Source: Lingula anatina (taxonomy: Eukaryota > Animalia > Brachiopoda). From it: 64,000 bases of DNA. Below the pieces are notes generated by a model. That model searched no databases, was not told where the DNA came from, and saw nothing but the letters and a program-made list of their open reading frames with translations. The position numbers and the translations under genes are program-made. The stretch is taken from positions 2,108,001 through 2,172,000 of the forward strand of contig JBPQGU010000016.1 of NCBI GenBank assembly GCA_051362555.1. Reading direction: 5' to 3'. Every line of letters starts with the position of its first letter. Position 1 is the first letter of the stretch. Positions 36,208 through 50,781 of the stretch are shown here, one piece after another.

Positions 36208-39200
36208 GTCGAATGTAAATATGGTATTGAAAGTATTATTTGAGACTATATCAGTTTTTAAAAATGTATCTTATAAATCGACATTATCAGAAAACAAGTA
36301 TTTATCCAAAGTAGTTTTCTCTGTAAGTACTTTAAGTCCCTTTATTTCCAACCAAAAGTTCACGCTTTCCACATTAATAGGCATGAGATCGTAATGCAGT
36401 CAACCATCTTTTTAATCTCATATGTACAAAGTTAGACTCCAAAAGCAGGATAATTGTGACATTCATATAACATTCATATAACATTCACATCACATTGTAG
36501 CATCATCTTACAGGAGATAAATTGGTGCATGTGGCGAAATATAAATAAATTATTAAATGTAAAATGTCGAATATCTTTTTTGGTTTATGAAGCAATTTTG
36601 TCTATAGATACTTATCTTTTTTATACCATTTTAATAACTCCTATGGTTGATTTCATTTACTTATTCGTGTTTGTAATTAATTACTTTCTGTCAGTGTGTT
36701 TGTCGCGTTACTCCTCTCTGCGTACACATCGCATTTTGAACATTTTTTCACATCAGACTAGAATATGAAATTCAAAACAGATAGTTGCCTCCGTCATTTT
36801 CATATTCCTTGATGCCAAATTGCCGCCGACATCTAGCTACAAATAGAGCACAACCCCCTTCTCCACCCGCTACTTTCATGCAAAAAATAAATTCCCCTAA
36901 CTTTTGATTCGATAGAAGATGTACATTTTTGCCTTAACTTTCCTGTTGTTATTTCTGAACTTGTTTGTGCTGAAAGTTCAAACTTGGTTGTTTCGATAAA
37001 AAAGCTCTCCAAGTATCTCCTGTATCAAGTTTTATTTTCTAACCTTTTTTCCTGGAAAACCTGCGTTCCACGTAGATAGTCAGAATGGAGTCAGAATGCG
37101 GTTTATTCTGAACTTCTTATCAACAGGTTTAGGGTCAGGAGGAAGGGCATTTCATCAACGTGTTAAACGGTGCATTACTTAGCAGGTACAAAGGATGTGT
37201 TCCCATAAACTAGCTTTTATTGAAATTTCAATATTACAGAAGAAATGTAAAGTGAATATCTTCGTGAAAAACAGCAATGGACATATATGTAGGTTTTCGT
37301 TATATGTGCAATGATGTCATCATTTGGTGCCCTGAGAAAGGTATCTTAATGATAAATAGATCGAGGTGTCTCACCTCTAATTGTGGACCGAGGCAGATAC
37401 GACAGTAGGATGGGGATAGGGTAAAGTTGGGTTGGTTGCAGGAAGCGCTTTCCAGCCAACAATAACCTTTGTCGGCTGCAAATCTAGGGGGGATAAAAAA
37501 ACGATTATCAACGATTATCATAGATGTTTCTTCGTATACATTTACAGTGTGTGCATGGCTTGGGAGTCAGAGGTCGAAAAATGCCTCCATTCATTAAACC
37601 ATACAATTTCTGCAAAGTCATACGTACCACTAACAAGAAGATTATTTTCAGAATATATCAAAATTAGTCAACAGTCATGACATCTGGGATTACGGTGAAT
37701 TAAACATTATGTTTCCTATAATCTTAAATTTTCCATTTAATGATAATTAAAAGGAAATACAGCATATAATGAATTTTTAATATATTTATGATGACATTCA
37801 CTTAATATTTTTGTTGTAATGCTGCAATTTCAATCTACCCACTCATATTTTAATCTTGAAATTTGGCCTCTAATTTGTCCAGAGCCGATGTAAAATCTGA
37901 TTGTATTTCAATCTCGTCTGTGAGACATTAATTTGATTTCTGAACCAGACAAGCAAGGCGGCTAGCGTGTGACTTTGCACGTGAAGTGATATTATTACAA
38001 CCGGCTGGTTGAGAACAGAACGTCGATGTAGAGGAGGTTATTTTTTTAACTCGATTACAATTCATAAGCGGTGTAAAGTAAATCAAACCGCAAATCTAAA
38101 AATACCGAAATAAACTCTGCAAGGTCTGCTGAATAAGTACTGATGTTTTTCTCTTTGTTTGTTTTTCTCTTTTACTGTTAAAAGAACCAGTTTACACAGA
38201 AACATTCCATCTCTTCCAAGAACTGGCGATGTTATTAGTTCTAAATATAACTCTCCCGCTTGGAGACGAACGTACTTGAGATTTACAGAGGTGGGATATT
38301 TAATGTTGTTACAATGCTTTGTATCCCAGTTATACTTTTAAAATAAAAAAAAGAATAAATGAAAATTTAAAATATTAATAATTAACAGAAGGAAGTATTA
38401 AAAGAAAAAAATAATATCTTGGGTATTTTCCTCTCTGTGTTTCTCTCTTTCTCTTTCTCTTCGTTTAACAATACCTACTTTTACTTTGAATACCTGCATG
38501 ATGACAATCCAAACATTTTCAACAATATCGAAATATAGAGGTCTCTCTTGTGATCAGAAGTATGTCATAAACATGGGATTAATGGGGACTCTTTATCTAC
38601 GACATATCTGTGTATGGGATTGGGATTGTTTTTCTGATTCAAAATCTATACACCTTAGAAATATGGGTAACTTTCAAAAAATAAATAATAACAACTAAAT
38701 AAATGGCTATTCTGAAAGTTTCTAGTACATGTACGGCATTTTCTTTGAATGTCGGATTAGTTTCCACAGAGAATCTAATGATTATAAGAGGGGTCATTAC
38801 TGAAGCTTGGGGTTGTTCATGCTTTTACCATGTAACGTTTAGTTAAGCAAAACATATTCTTTTGAAGTGACAACATGGAGCCGTTTCATTATTTCCTGGT
38901 GTACAGGGGTTTAAACATAGAACCTGGATATCTTTGTAGCAGTATTAGAGATCGCGTTATCTAAATATTTGTTTCACCCCCCCCCCCCCCCCTGGGATTA
39001 TATCATAAAGAGTTTTTTAATGTAATGTGGGGTCGGGGTGGTCATAAAAAGGTTCCACACAAGTAAAGTGAAGGGCTCTCACGCAGTATCACTCATTTAA
39101 TGTACATGTACATTCTGACGATCCGTGGGGAATCACAACCTTCAATCTAAGATTTAAAAAACCTACTTCTTAATTAGACAAATTTACCTCTAGAGACTTT

Positions 39201-40884
39201 ACACGACGTATTGCGAAGAATTACGACCTACATACAAAGACAGAACATAAAGTTATGAAAGTGCTTGTAAATTGTTAATTGTGTATGCGCCCATGTACCT
39301 GTACATGTGAGTGAGAGAGACATGATCGATGGGTTGACCTTGTCCCAAAATGGCTATATACTTTTATTATTACAACATGGTTTATACTTAACCACTTTAA
39401 CGTATGATATATCTGGTTTCACATACTATGGGTTTCGTCTCTTTGCAGCTTGACATACAGAAAAAAAGTATTTCTTTATGTAGTTCCTATAAGTAAACCT
39501 ACATACCAGTAATATAAAACGTACATTGTGGTAGAAATTTTTGGCAATCCATGCCCAACATAGCAGTGTCCTTCCTTACAGTATAAAGCCGGTTGTTTTT
39601 GTAAATGCTCCCTCCCTTTTTCTGAATCTAATAAAGGTATGTTGAAAGCGCCGCGTTGGTCTTCTTAGCACAAATATTTTTCATTCTTTTCTTTTCTGTG
39701 CCCGTTCCTGGGTCTGGGAGAAGATCATTCTTTATTGTTATTTTTGTCTGCCTTTACAGACAGCTTACATTCGAGACATACCACAAACAATGTGTAGATC
39801 ACAAGGTTTAGCCTCTCTTTTATCTAACATGCATACCTGATTAAACACTTCAACATCCACATATCCACAATCCAAACATTTTCAACAATATCGAAATATA
39901 GAGGTCTCTCTTGTGGTGCCTCTGTGCCTGTACTGATATATCGCAAACACACAGTCTCTCCTCTCCGGGTGTGCATTCCGAAATGGAGACTCGCCCGATT
40001 TTTATGTCCATCCCTTTGTATTACTACAAGGAAAAGACCAATGATGAATAGCATGCTTTAGTGAGCGCATATAATTTCTCCCTCAATCCCCGATTTACCG
40101 GTTTTCCTCTCTGGTTATGCAGTGGAACAACATAAATCAACAGTAACTTCAGGTAATCTGATGGGAATTCGAATCCTTATAAGACAAAAGTTGCATTTTT
40201 AAATTTTGCGTAATTTGTATGCATTTGTCACTTATGCTGGCCATCTTAATTTGCCAGGCTGGAAAATTTTGATAGCGGTCACAGATGTCACGCGCTTTCT
40301 TGTACTATAAAACATGTTTCACATATTCTGACCGTTATATATACACCGTTTGCCTGAGGTTATTTTATATTACTGTTGTTGCGGTGTGCACGTATGTGTA
40401 TTTCTTTCCTAATTGCCACTTATATAATTAAAATTGAATTGTGATGGGAGATGAAGAAAAAAAAAACATCATTACTAAATTATCAAACAGGTGCCAACCA
40501 TAAGTACATAAACCCTTAAACAAAATTTAAGGATAACCGACATTAAAGGCAGCAAGAAAGAAGCTCCCTTGTTAGGGCCATATGGAATAAAAAAGGATTT
40601 CCAAATTGAGAGCATTCATCCTCCAGATTGAAGGTGAATGCACCCTTAAATGTGCCGCCAACGGGTCAAATTTGATAATTTATTTCACAAATTAAAAGAT
40701 AGGCCTACTTAAATGAAAATAAATGTATGAAATCTTTTCATGTAGTTTTCTTCATAATGATATTTTTCATTCAGTTCGTCAATATCAAAATAATTTTATA
40801 TTTTGTTAAATCAGTAAAAACTGTTCATTTGAGATTAAAAATGCCGCAAGAAATGCATTATAAACAACGCATGGAAATATCATA

Positions 40885-41090
40885 GGGTCCATTCCCACAG
40901 ATATTTGGATCGATCTATCTCTCTGGGGAGTCTGACTAAATTGCTGTCAAATTGGCCGGCTTAAAGTCTGGCACGTTGATTTGGTAGGCTTGACAGACAT
41001 TTAAGCCGGTTAGTTGATAAAATTTTAGTGAGACTCCCCTGGGAGTTAGATTGATCCAGATGGATCAGTCTATGTTTGGGAACCCAGTCT
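40885..41090. mobile_element. Palindromic MITE
   Basis: Inverted copy of 43283-43526. Confidence 0.65.
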
Positions 41091-43282
41091 AATATTGTAT
41101 TTTACCACTTAAACGACTGTTATTATAGTAAAACTAAAATCTGTGCTTGTCAATCGGGCTTTCGATGCCCTCCTTCCCGGTCCTCAAGTCATTCGTTGCC
41201 AGATTCTCGCCGTCCTTTGATACCAAAACAACAATGGCGGCAGAAGAAAGCACACGCGTGATGCAGTCCTCAGACGTAAGTTGCGAGTTTGTGTACAGTG
41301 CGTTGGATAACGAAAAGGCCAGTGCTTCACACATTGTAGATATTAACTGGATGAAAACTCTTCCTTATTACGAAAAAACGAATTTCCTGGAGTAAACAAC
41401 ACTTTTATCATACTTACCAATAGTTAATGAATTCATTTTTACATTCAAAGTTAGTCCCTGTTTTTGTTCACAATGCTTTTATTGTGAAATATAGATCTCA
41501 TAAGAAGAGTTTTTATCCCTTTAATGCATTTCAAGTAATAAGACGAATATATCTTATAAATCGTATATTATTTACATGTAGTGTTGTTGCTGTCTGCTTT
41601 TCCCGCGGTTCTAAGTAGGTCACCACAAAATCTCGCTCGATATCGTGTGACTACGCAATGTCGGAAAGGGCTCCGTCTGTTATAATTTCTTAAGATATTA
41701 TAAAAAAAAAAAAAAAAAAGACTTAAGAAAAAAAAAATGGACTTACTCTGGATGCAGGAACGGAGTCATTTACCATTGGTAAATATGGGAAAATTGCTGT
41801 TTTCTCCAGGAAAATCCAACTTTTGGCCAAAAGGAAGACTTATTATGCCTTTGAGAAAGAGAAATAGATTAATAATACTTTTGTTCACTTCTGTTTGATT
41901 GTCAATAACCTAAAAGTCATTGCATAACTCCATTGCTTTAATTAAGATTCCCCTTTTTTATGTTCACTAACGAGTTCAAAGGTGAAAAGAGCATTAGGTC
42001 AATCGATATCGTATACGATTTCATTTTTTATTTGAACGATAAAATGAACCCTATATTCTTGGATTGCAGAAGTATTATTAATATATTTGTGATTCGTGAA
42101 CACTTCCAAGATTTTTCTTAACCGTACGAAAAGCACCAAAACTTTTTCGGGGCCCCTAATTTAGCGCCAAGAGGGCTATGGTTGGCTTCGCATGCGAGGC
42201 CTCCTCCCAACCCCCTTCAAATAAATCTGAATCCGCCCCTATTGATCCTTTTTGGTTGCTGAAACTGCAGTTGCTTTTTTATTAGCACAGATAACCGCTT
42301 GGTGCATTCTCCATTTTGTTTGCGGTGAGATCAAAGTCACTAATTTTCTAACTGCTGTTACGGTTATGTCTTACCATGAAATGATAAATAAATAACTTAT
42401 TTGAACTGAAGGTTTGTTAATGTCTCACGGAAGAGGTTGCAAGCTTTTATTAACTCCGTTATTCAAACTCTTTAACGCAATTAAAGAAAAAAACAAACTT
42501 TACGAGCCCGTGATTGTTGTTTCCGGTTAAATCAAATTCTGCAACGTATCAGTCGAAATGAAGATTCATGTTCTGCATGAATATGTGGCCAAATACGAGA
42601 CAATGTGGGAAGACGTACGAAGTTTTTCTTACAATGTACTGATAACGTTAGAACTCTAATTTAATGTACTTTATAAATATATTTTCATATTTACCATAGG
42701 ACCCAAATCATGGACGTTATGAAGGAAAGCAAATAGCAAGATTGGATTTTTCCCGTTTTGGGCCACGTTAGGGGCGTAACCTTACCTCCCTAATATAAAG
42801 AAAGTCTCCCTGCTATAAAGAAAACTGGACCCTTTGACACTATGTTACACAAAATGTAGGGCAGTATGCTCCATTCGTACGTAATCTTTTATCACAAATT
42901 TCCCTCCAAAGATTACATAAAATCAACACTAAATACTATTTACTTATATAATCTTAATACAGACAGGCTTCTTGTCCGACTTCATAACGTGAACATATAT
43001 GATAAAAAAGTAAATTCATTTCCAAGTAGACTCCTTCGTGTGTGTATAGGTGCGTGTGTCTGGGTGTGTGCGTGTACATGTGTGTGAGAGAGACATGATC
43101 GTAGGTTTGAAATGTCCCCAAAAGTGGCTATATATTTTATCATCACTACACAAGAGTCATACATACAGTAGTTTATTACAACGTATGACATACTTTGCTA
43201 TGCGTAATAAAGATTTCATCTCTTTGCAGCTTGTTATAATGAAAAGAAAAGATGTTCCTTCTTAGATAAAGTTCCTATCAAA

Positions 43283-43526
43283 CTGGGTTCCTATACTTAG
43301 CTCGATCCATCTGGATCGACCTGACTCCCTGGGGTTCAGGCTAAATTGCTATCAGCTCAAAAGGCTTAAATGTCTGTCAAGCCTACAGAATCAGCTAGGG
43401 GTAAAGGTAATTACCCCTAGCATTTTTACTGGGAGTGACAGACGTTTAAGCCGGTTAAGCTGACAACAATTTACTGATAGTCCCCAGGGAGATAGATGGA
43501 TCCAAATATCTGTGGGAATGGTCCCT
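43283..43526. mobile_element. Palindromic MITE inserted in a paralogous block
   Basis: Interrupts a segment that is continuous in the copies near 39.5, 45.2 and 57.9 kb; internal inverted symmetry. Confidence 0.65.
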
Positions 43527-43949
43527 AAGTGATACAGGTTCACTTGCCACAGGTACAGTGTGGTAGAAATGTTGGGAATTCATGCGCAACATAGCAGTGT
43601 CCTTTGTTACAGTATAAGGCCGTTTTCTTTTGTGAATCTTCTCTCCCTTTCTCGCAATTCAACAAGATGGAATGTAGGAGGCGCTGCGTTGGCATTCTTC
43701 ACACAAAGCTTTTCCTTTATTTTGTGTGGTCTGTCAGTGTCTGGGTCTGGGAGAAGCTCATGTTTCTCCTTCCTTTTTTTTTTTTTTTTTTTTTTTTGTC
43801 TGTTTTGACAGACAGGTTCCAATAAAACATACTACAAACAATATATACAGGTAGAAGACGATGTTAAGCCCTTCTTTAATTCATTAACCACATCTTAGAT
43901 CCCTATTTCTGGGACACAACATGTTCATAACCTTTGGCAACCTTTCGCA

Positions 43950-46208
43950 AATTGTTTTCATGATTATGTTGTTCATGATATTTCACCCCTGTGAAACATT
44001 CTTTTAATCTACTATCTAAAGGAAAATTGATTCTAAGTCTATTTCAAATAAACGAGGGAGTAGATGTTTAAGTAAATGGTCATTTTCTCGCAGAATCTTC
44101 ATTGGAACAGCTGCCGTCATTCTCGCCATATGTCATCAAGGCGGGTGAATTTACCCACATCTGGCAATCTTTTCTTAAAAATAAATTTTAAAAAAATCTT
44201 AGGTGAAAGGGTTGATTATTATTATTATTATTATCATTATTATTATTATTATTATTTGTAAGGTATCTGATGAGTTGAAGCCAAGTATACTAACATTTTT
44301 AAAAATACAAGAAAACAGGCGAAAAAAAAAACATTTTCAGAGTGAATCAAATTTGTTACGTTTTCATTGAAATCCAAAAATAAAAGAATTATCAGATAAA
44401 TTAAACCAATCGATAAAAAAGGAAATTGACGTGAGATAGTTTGAATATGTTGCCTAGGAATTAGAGCAGTTGACACATCCAGTTAAAGGATACATTTTAA
44501 ATAACATTAATACCTTCTTACATTAAATAACTTACTCTAACTTAAAATAAAATGCTCCGAGTTCTTTTTTAAATCTGGTGCTCTGAATTAATGTTTACCA
44601 CAAAATATCAATGACAGCAGACAAGGTCTAGACATAACGCAAATGTGATCGTCTGTAACAAATCTGCCTCCAAAGATTAAATAAATATCCACACTAAATA
44701 CGATTTACTTATATAATTTTTATTCAGAGAGGTCTTCTTGACCGACTCCATAACATGAACACGTATGATAAAAAGTGAATTCATTGTCAAGGAGACTAGT
44801 CTGTGTGTATTTGTGTGTGTTCTCGCGCGATTGTGTGTCTGTGTGTGTTTTTGTGTGCATAAAACTCATCCAGAACCGACCTAATCTAACAAAGAAAAAA
44901 GAACACTTTCAAACAGGCTCAAAATGCTGACACCGTTGTAAAAATTTAGGGGTGACAAAGCGTCAATACTACTTTCCAGATTCTTGCTAAAAACTGAAAA
45001 CATACATCCGTCTGAGGGTATCCAACATAGACAATGATAGCCAGTTTGACTCATTTAAGGTTCTCTTGCTCATTCAATGTATGATATATATGGTTATACA
45101 CAATGTAGATTTCATCTCTCTGCAGCTTGTTATACAGAAAAAAATGAGTTTTCTTCTTTGACGTAGTTCCTTTAAATATAGCTACATGATACAACAGGTA
45201 CATTGCAATAGAATTGCTTGGGAATTCATGCGCAACACACCAGTGTCTTTTGTTACAGTAAAGGGCCGTCTTCTTTTGTGAATCTTCTCTCCCTCTCTCG
45301 CAATTCAATAAGATGGAATGTTGGAGGCGCTGCGTTGGTATTCTTCACACAAAGCTTTTCCATTATTTTTATGTTGTGCGTCACTGTCTGGGTCTGGGAG
45401 AAGCTCATGTTTCTCCTTTCTTTTATGTTATTTTTTGTCTGTTTTTACAGACAGGTTGCATACCAATAAAACATACAACAAATGATATGGGGAACACGAG
45501 GTTTAGCCCTTCTTTTACCCCTCTTTGATTCACTAACCACACAATAGTTCCCTAAGTCTGGGACACACCGTGTTCATAACCTTTGGCAACCTTTTAGCAG
45601 CCACAAAACCTGACTGCCGCTTGCGATCACTTTGCGAGCTGAAGAAGAAGCTTGGGCATTTATGTCTCCTCCATCTCAGCGTACCACAAACTTTTATAGT
45701 CTCATTCATAACAATAAAGAAGGCAACAAGGACTATTGATTGTTCATGATTTGGCCAAACAAGGCCGCTTTTGTTATAAAACCCCTCTATACTAATCCTT
45801 TTAACAATAAAAAACATGTAGCAAATTGTTGCCTGTATTAAATGTTATGGCCTTAAGGATAAAATTATAAATCAAATATTCAATACGACTCATCATCCTA
45901 AAAATTATGAAGTCAACAAAAGTTATTATTTACCTTCAATTTTGCACAAATTTTATCCGTAACCTGTTGCACACCGATTGCAATCACTTTAAATATTTAC
46001 ACGAAAACTTTTCATCTCTTCTAAGAACCGTTGATGTTAGCCATAGATATCCTGCTTGGAAACGAACATACTTGTGGTATACAGAATAGGGATATTTAAC
46101 GCTGTTACAGCCCTTGTATTCTGGTGTTAACTCTAAAATAAAAATCCTATCTTAACAGTAAAACGTTTATAAAAACGGGCCTGGGAAATATTGTTCTTCT
46201 CTTTCTCT

Positions 46209-46250
<42 letters not shown>

Positions 46251-46677
46251 TTCAAAACCCTTAGTTCCAATTTGAATACCTACATTAAGGCCCCCTCTTT
46301 TTCAGGAAAAGCTAGAATAAATATAAATGTCTAACTTGTGATCTTTATAATTTGTCCTTAGTGTGGCTACCTCTATTTTGATATTGATGTTCTTTCATTT
46401 CAATTGCACAGGGTTAGTTTTCTACCCAGGTTGTGGAAAAATTGTTGCCACGATGATGTTCTTTATGATATTACACTTCTGTGAAACATTATTTCAATCT
46501 ACAATTTAAAGGAAAACTGATTCTTGATCTTTTTTTAATCAAACGAGGGGTTAAATCTGTAAGTAAATTGCCGTTTTTCTCTCCATCTGTCATTAAGCGG
46601 GAGAATTTAGCCAGATCTGGCAATCTATTCTTAAAAATAAATTTTAAAAATCATAGGTGAAAGGGTTGATAATTATA

Positions 46678-46726
<49 letters not shown>

Positions 46727-48674
46727 TTTGTAAAGTATCTGAATTTTTGAAAGCAAAGTATACCGACATTTAAATACAAGAAACAGGTGAAAAATAATTT
46801 TCAGAGTCAATCAAAATTGTTACGTTTTCATTAAAAATTCAGAAAAAAAAAGAATTATCAGATAATTATAGCATTCGACGAAAGAGGACATTGACGTGAA
46901 ATAGTTTGGCTATGTTACCTCGAAATGTGAGCAGTTGACATATCCAGTAAAATGACACATTTTAAATAACATTAATACAATCTTACATTAACTAACTTAC
47001 TCTAACTTAAATGAAAATGCTCCTAGTTCTTTTTTTTTAAATCTGGTGCTCTGAATTAATGTTTACCACAAAATATCAATGACAGCAGACAAGGTCTAGA
47101 CATAACGCAAATGTGATCGTTTGTAACAAATCTGCCTCCAAAGATTAAATAAATATCCACACTAAATACTTTTTACTTATATAATTTATATTCAGAGAGG
47201 TCTTCTTGACCGACTCCATAACATGAATACGTATGATAAAAAGTGAATTCATTGTCAAGGAGACTAGTTTGTGTGTATCTGTGTGTGTTCTCGCGCGATT
47301 GTGTGTCTGTGTGTGTTTTTGTGTGCATAAAACTCATCCAGAACCGACCTAATCTAACAAAGAAAAAGAACACTTTCAAACAGGCTCAAAATGCTGACAC
47401 CGTTGTAAAAATTTAGGGGTGACAAAGCGTCAATACTACTTTCCAGATTCTTGCTAAAAACTGAAAACATACATCCGTCTGAGGGTATCCAACACAGACA
47501 ATGATAGCCAGTTTGACTCATTAAAGGTTCACTTGCTCATTCAATGTATGATGTATATGGTTATACACAATGTAGATTTCATCTCTCTGCAGCTTGTTAT
47601 ACAGAAAAAATGAGTTTTCTTCTTTGACGTAGTTCCTTTAGATATAGCTACATGATACAACAGGTACATTGCAATAGAATTGCTTGGGAATTCATGCGCA
47701 ACACACCAGTGTCTTTTGTTACAGTAAAGGGCCGTCTTCTTTTGTGAATCTTCTCTCCCTCTCTCGCAATTCAATGAGATGGAATGTTGGAGGCGCTGCG
47801 TTGGTATTCTTCACACAAAGCTTTTCCATTATTTTTATGTTGTGCGTCACTGTCTGGGTCTGGGAGAAGCTCATGTTTCTCCTTTCTTTTATGTTATTTT
47901 TTGTCTGTTTTTACAGACAGGTTGCATACCAATAAAACATACAACAAATGATATGGGGAACACGAGGTTTAGCCCTTCTTTTACCCCTCTTTGATTCACT
48001 AACCACACAATAGTTCCCTAAGTCTGGGACACACCGTGTTCATAACCTTTGGCAACCTTTTAGCAGCCACAAAACCTGACTGCCGCTTGCGATCACTTTG
48101 CGAGCTGAAGAAGAAGCTTGGGCATTTATGTCTCCTCCATCTCAGCGTACCACAAACTTTTATAGTCTCATTCATAACAATAAAGAAGGCAACAAGGACT
48201 ATTGATTGTTCATGATTTGGCCAAACAAGGCCGCTTTTGTTATAAAACCCCTCTATACTAATCCTTTTAACAATAAAAAACATGTAGCAAATTGTTGCCT
48301 GTATTAAATGTTATGGCCTTAAGGATAAAATTATAAATCAAATATTCAATACGACTCATCATCCTAAAAATTATGAAGTCAACAAAAGTTATTATTTACC
48401 TTCAATTTTGCACAAATTTTATCCGTAACCTGTTGCACACCGATTGCAATCACTTTAAATATTTACACGAAAACTTTTCATCTCTTCTAAGAACCGTTGA
48501 TGTTAGCCATAGATATCCTGCTTGGAAACAAACATACTTGTGGTATACAGAATAGGGATATTTAACGCTGTTACAGCCCTTGTATTCTGGTGTTAACTCT
48601 AAAATAAAAATCCTATCTTAACAGTAAAACGTTTATAAAAACGGGCCTGGGAAATATTGTTCTTCTCTTTCTCT

Positions 48675-48722
<48 letters not shown>

Positions 48723-49141
48723 TTCACAACCCTTAGTTCCAATTTGAATACCTACATTAAGGCCCCCTCTTTTTTCAGGAAAAGCTAGAATAAATATAAA
48801 TGTCTAACTTGTGATCTTTATAATTTGTCCTTAGTGTGGCTACCTCTATTTTGATATTGATGTTCTTTCATTTCAATTGCACAGGATTAGTTTTCTACCC
48901 AGGTTGTGGAAAAAATTGTTGCCACGATGATGTTCTTTATGATATTACACTTCTGTGAAACATTCTTTCAATCTACAATCTAAAGGAAAACTGATTCTTG
49001 GTCCTTTTTTAATCAAACGAGGGGTTAAATCTGTAAGTAAATTGCCGTTTTCTCTCAATCTGTCATTAAGCGGGAGAATTTAGCCAGATCTGGCAATCTA
49101 TTCTTAAAAATAAATTTTAAAAATCATAGGTGAAAGGGTTG

Positions 49142-49196
<55 letters not shown>

Positions 49197-49728
49197 TTTG
49201 TAAATTATCTGGATTTTTGAAAGCAAAGTATACCGACATTTAAATACAAGAAAACAGGTGAAAAATAATTTTCAGAGTCAGTCAAAATTGTTACGTTTTC
49301 ATTAAAAATTCGGAAAAAAAGAATTATCACAGAAATTAAAGCATTCGATGAAAGAGGACATTGACGTGAAATAGTTTGGCTATGTTACCGCGAAATGTGA
49401 GCAGTTGACACATCCAGTAAAAGGACACATTTTAAATAACATTGATAAATTTTTACATAAATAACGTACTCTAACTTAAAAGAAAATGCTCCGAGTTCTT
49501 TTTTAAATCTGGTGCTCTGAATTAATGTTTACCACAAAATACCAATGACAGCAAACAAGATCTAGACATAACGAGTATGTAACCTTTTGTAACAAATCTG
49601 CCTCCAAAGATTAAATTAATATGCACACTAAAACTATTCACTTATATAATCTATATTATGACGAGGCTTCTTGTCCGACTTCATAACATGAAAATATATA
49701 ATAAAATGTGAATTCATTTCCAAGGTAG

Positions 49729-49774
<46 letters not shown>

Positions 49775-50085
49775 TGTTCGCGGGCGATTGTGCGTATGTG
49801 TGTGTGCTTGCATAAAACGTATAAAACGTATCCGGAACCGCGCAAACCTGGTAAAGAATAAAACTTCCAAACAGGCTTAAAATGTGTACACCGTTTAAAA
49901 ATTTGGGTGTACATCATTCAACGTATGATATATGTGGTTATACATGATATAGATTTCGTGTCTTTGTAGTTTGATATACAAAAACAAATATTTCTTTCTT
50001 TGATATACATTTAGAATACAACAGGTTGTGGTAGGATTGTTTGGCAATACATGTCAACATACCAGTGTTCCTCGTTACAGTATAA
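43950..50085. repeat. Tandem duplication, ~2466-bp period, about 2.5 copies
   Basis: 44570-47040 and 47040-49505 are near-identical (ORF-track pairs 45218/47684, 45533/47999 and 45907/48373 all differ by 2466). The flanking partial copies are more diverged. Confidence 0.92.
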
Positions 50086-50697
50086 GTAGGGAGGGGTGAT
50101 ATTTCACTTTTTTTTTAAAAGGCAAGGTCTACCCCCCCCCCCCCCCCCCCCCCACTGAATTTATGTAATGGGACATAAAAAGTGTAAAAAAATATTTTAC
50201 CCCCATCTAGCCCCCCTGTACATACCCCCTGAAGTTAATGATCTTCACCGATCTGGCGGTTTTGGACGCTTGGTAAAATGTGTCACATTGAGAGTAATTA
50301 AAATGCTCACAAAGGATAATATATTATGTTTGCAGTATGAAGCATATGTTTCCAATACGTACATCCCACAGAATTCCTCTTATTTGTTCTTGGAAGTTGA
50401 AGGATATGAAAAACTCACATTTGAGCGACTTTTACAATATTCCATGCATATCCTTACATACATTTACTTGCAACTGCCTATGTATTCACCAAAGAAACCC
50501 AGAATCTTGTATGGCCGTAGTTAACTATTTCTATTTTATTATTTAAAAACTTTATTAAAAACATCAATGTATTTCATTTAGAACTTCAGGATGACTACCT
50601 GTTTCAGGAGAAACTAGAACAATTTTATGTTTTTTTTTTTTTTTTTTTTTTTTTGGTTTCATGCATCTGTCCAGCTGTTTACGTGTGGACTGATATA

Positions 50698-50781
50698 CAA
50701 CATTGGTCAAAAAGGTTGTCTCACCCCCATTTCCATGTAATTTTACTTACAAATTATCACCTCACAGCTGTAAATTGTTAG
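50698..50781. mobile_element. Terminal fragment of the long-arm Tc1 derivative
   Basis: TA|CAACATTGGTCAAAAAGGTTGTC...cacagctgtaaattgttag matches 28778-28861. Confidence 0.8.

Noticed and set aside
45533-45817. piggyBac-like motif (FYN...VCGTLR), duplicated at 47999
   Set aside because: Too short, with no catalytic DDD context or TTAA/TIR ends.
44570-49505. snoRNA or miRNA cluster within the tandem repeat
   Set aside because: No convincing paired C/D or H/ACA boxes or conserved hairpin seen by eye; an Infernal/Rfam scan would be needed.
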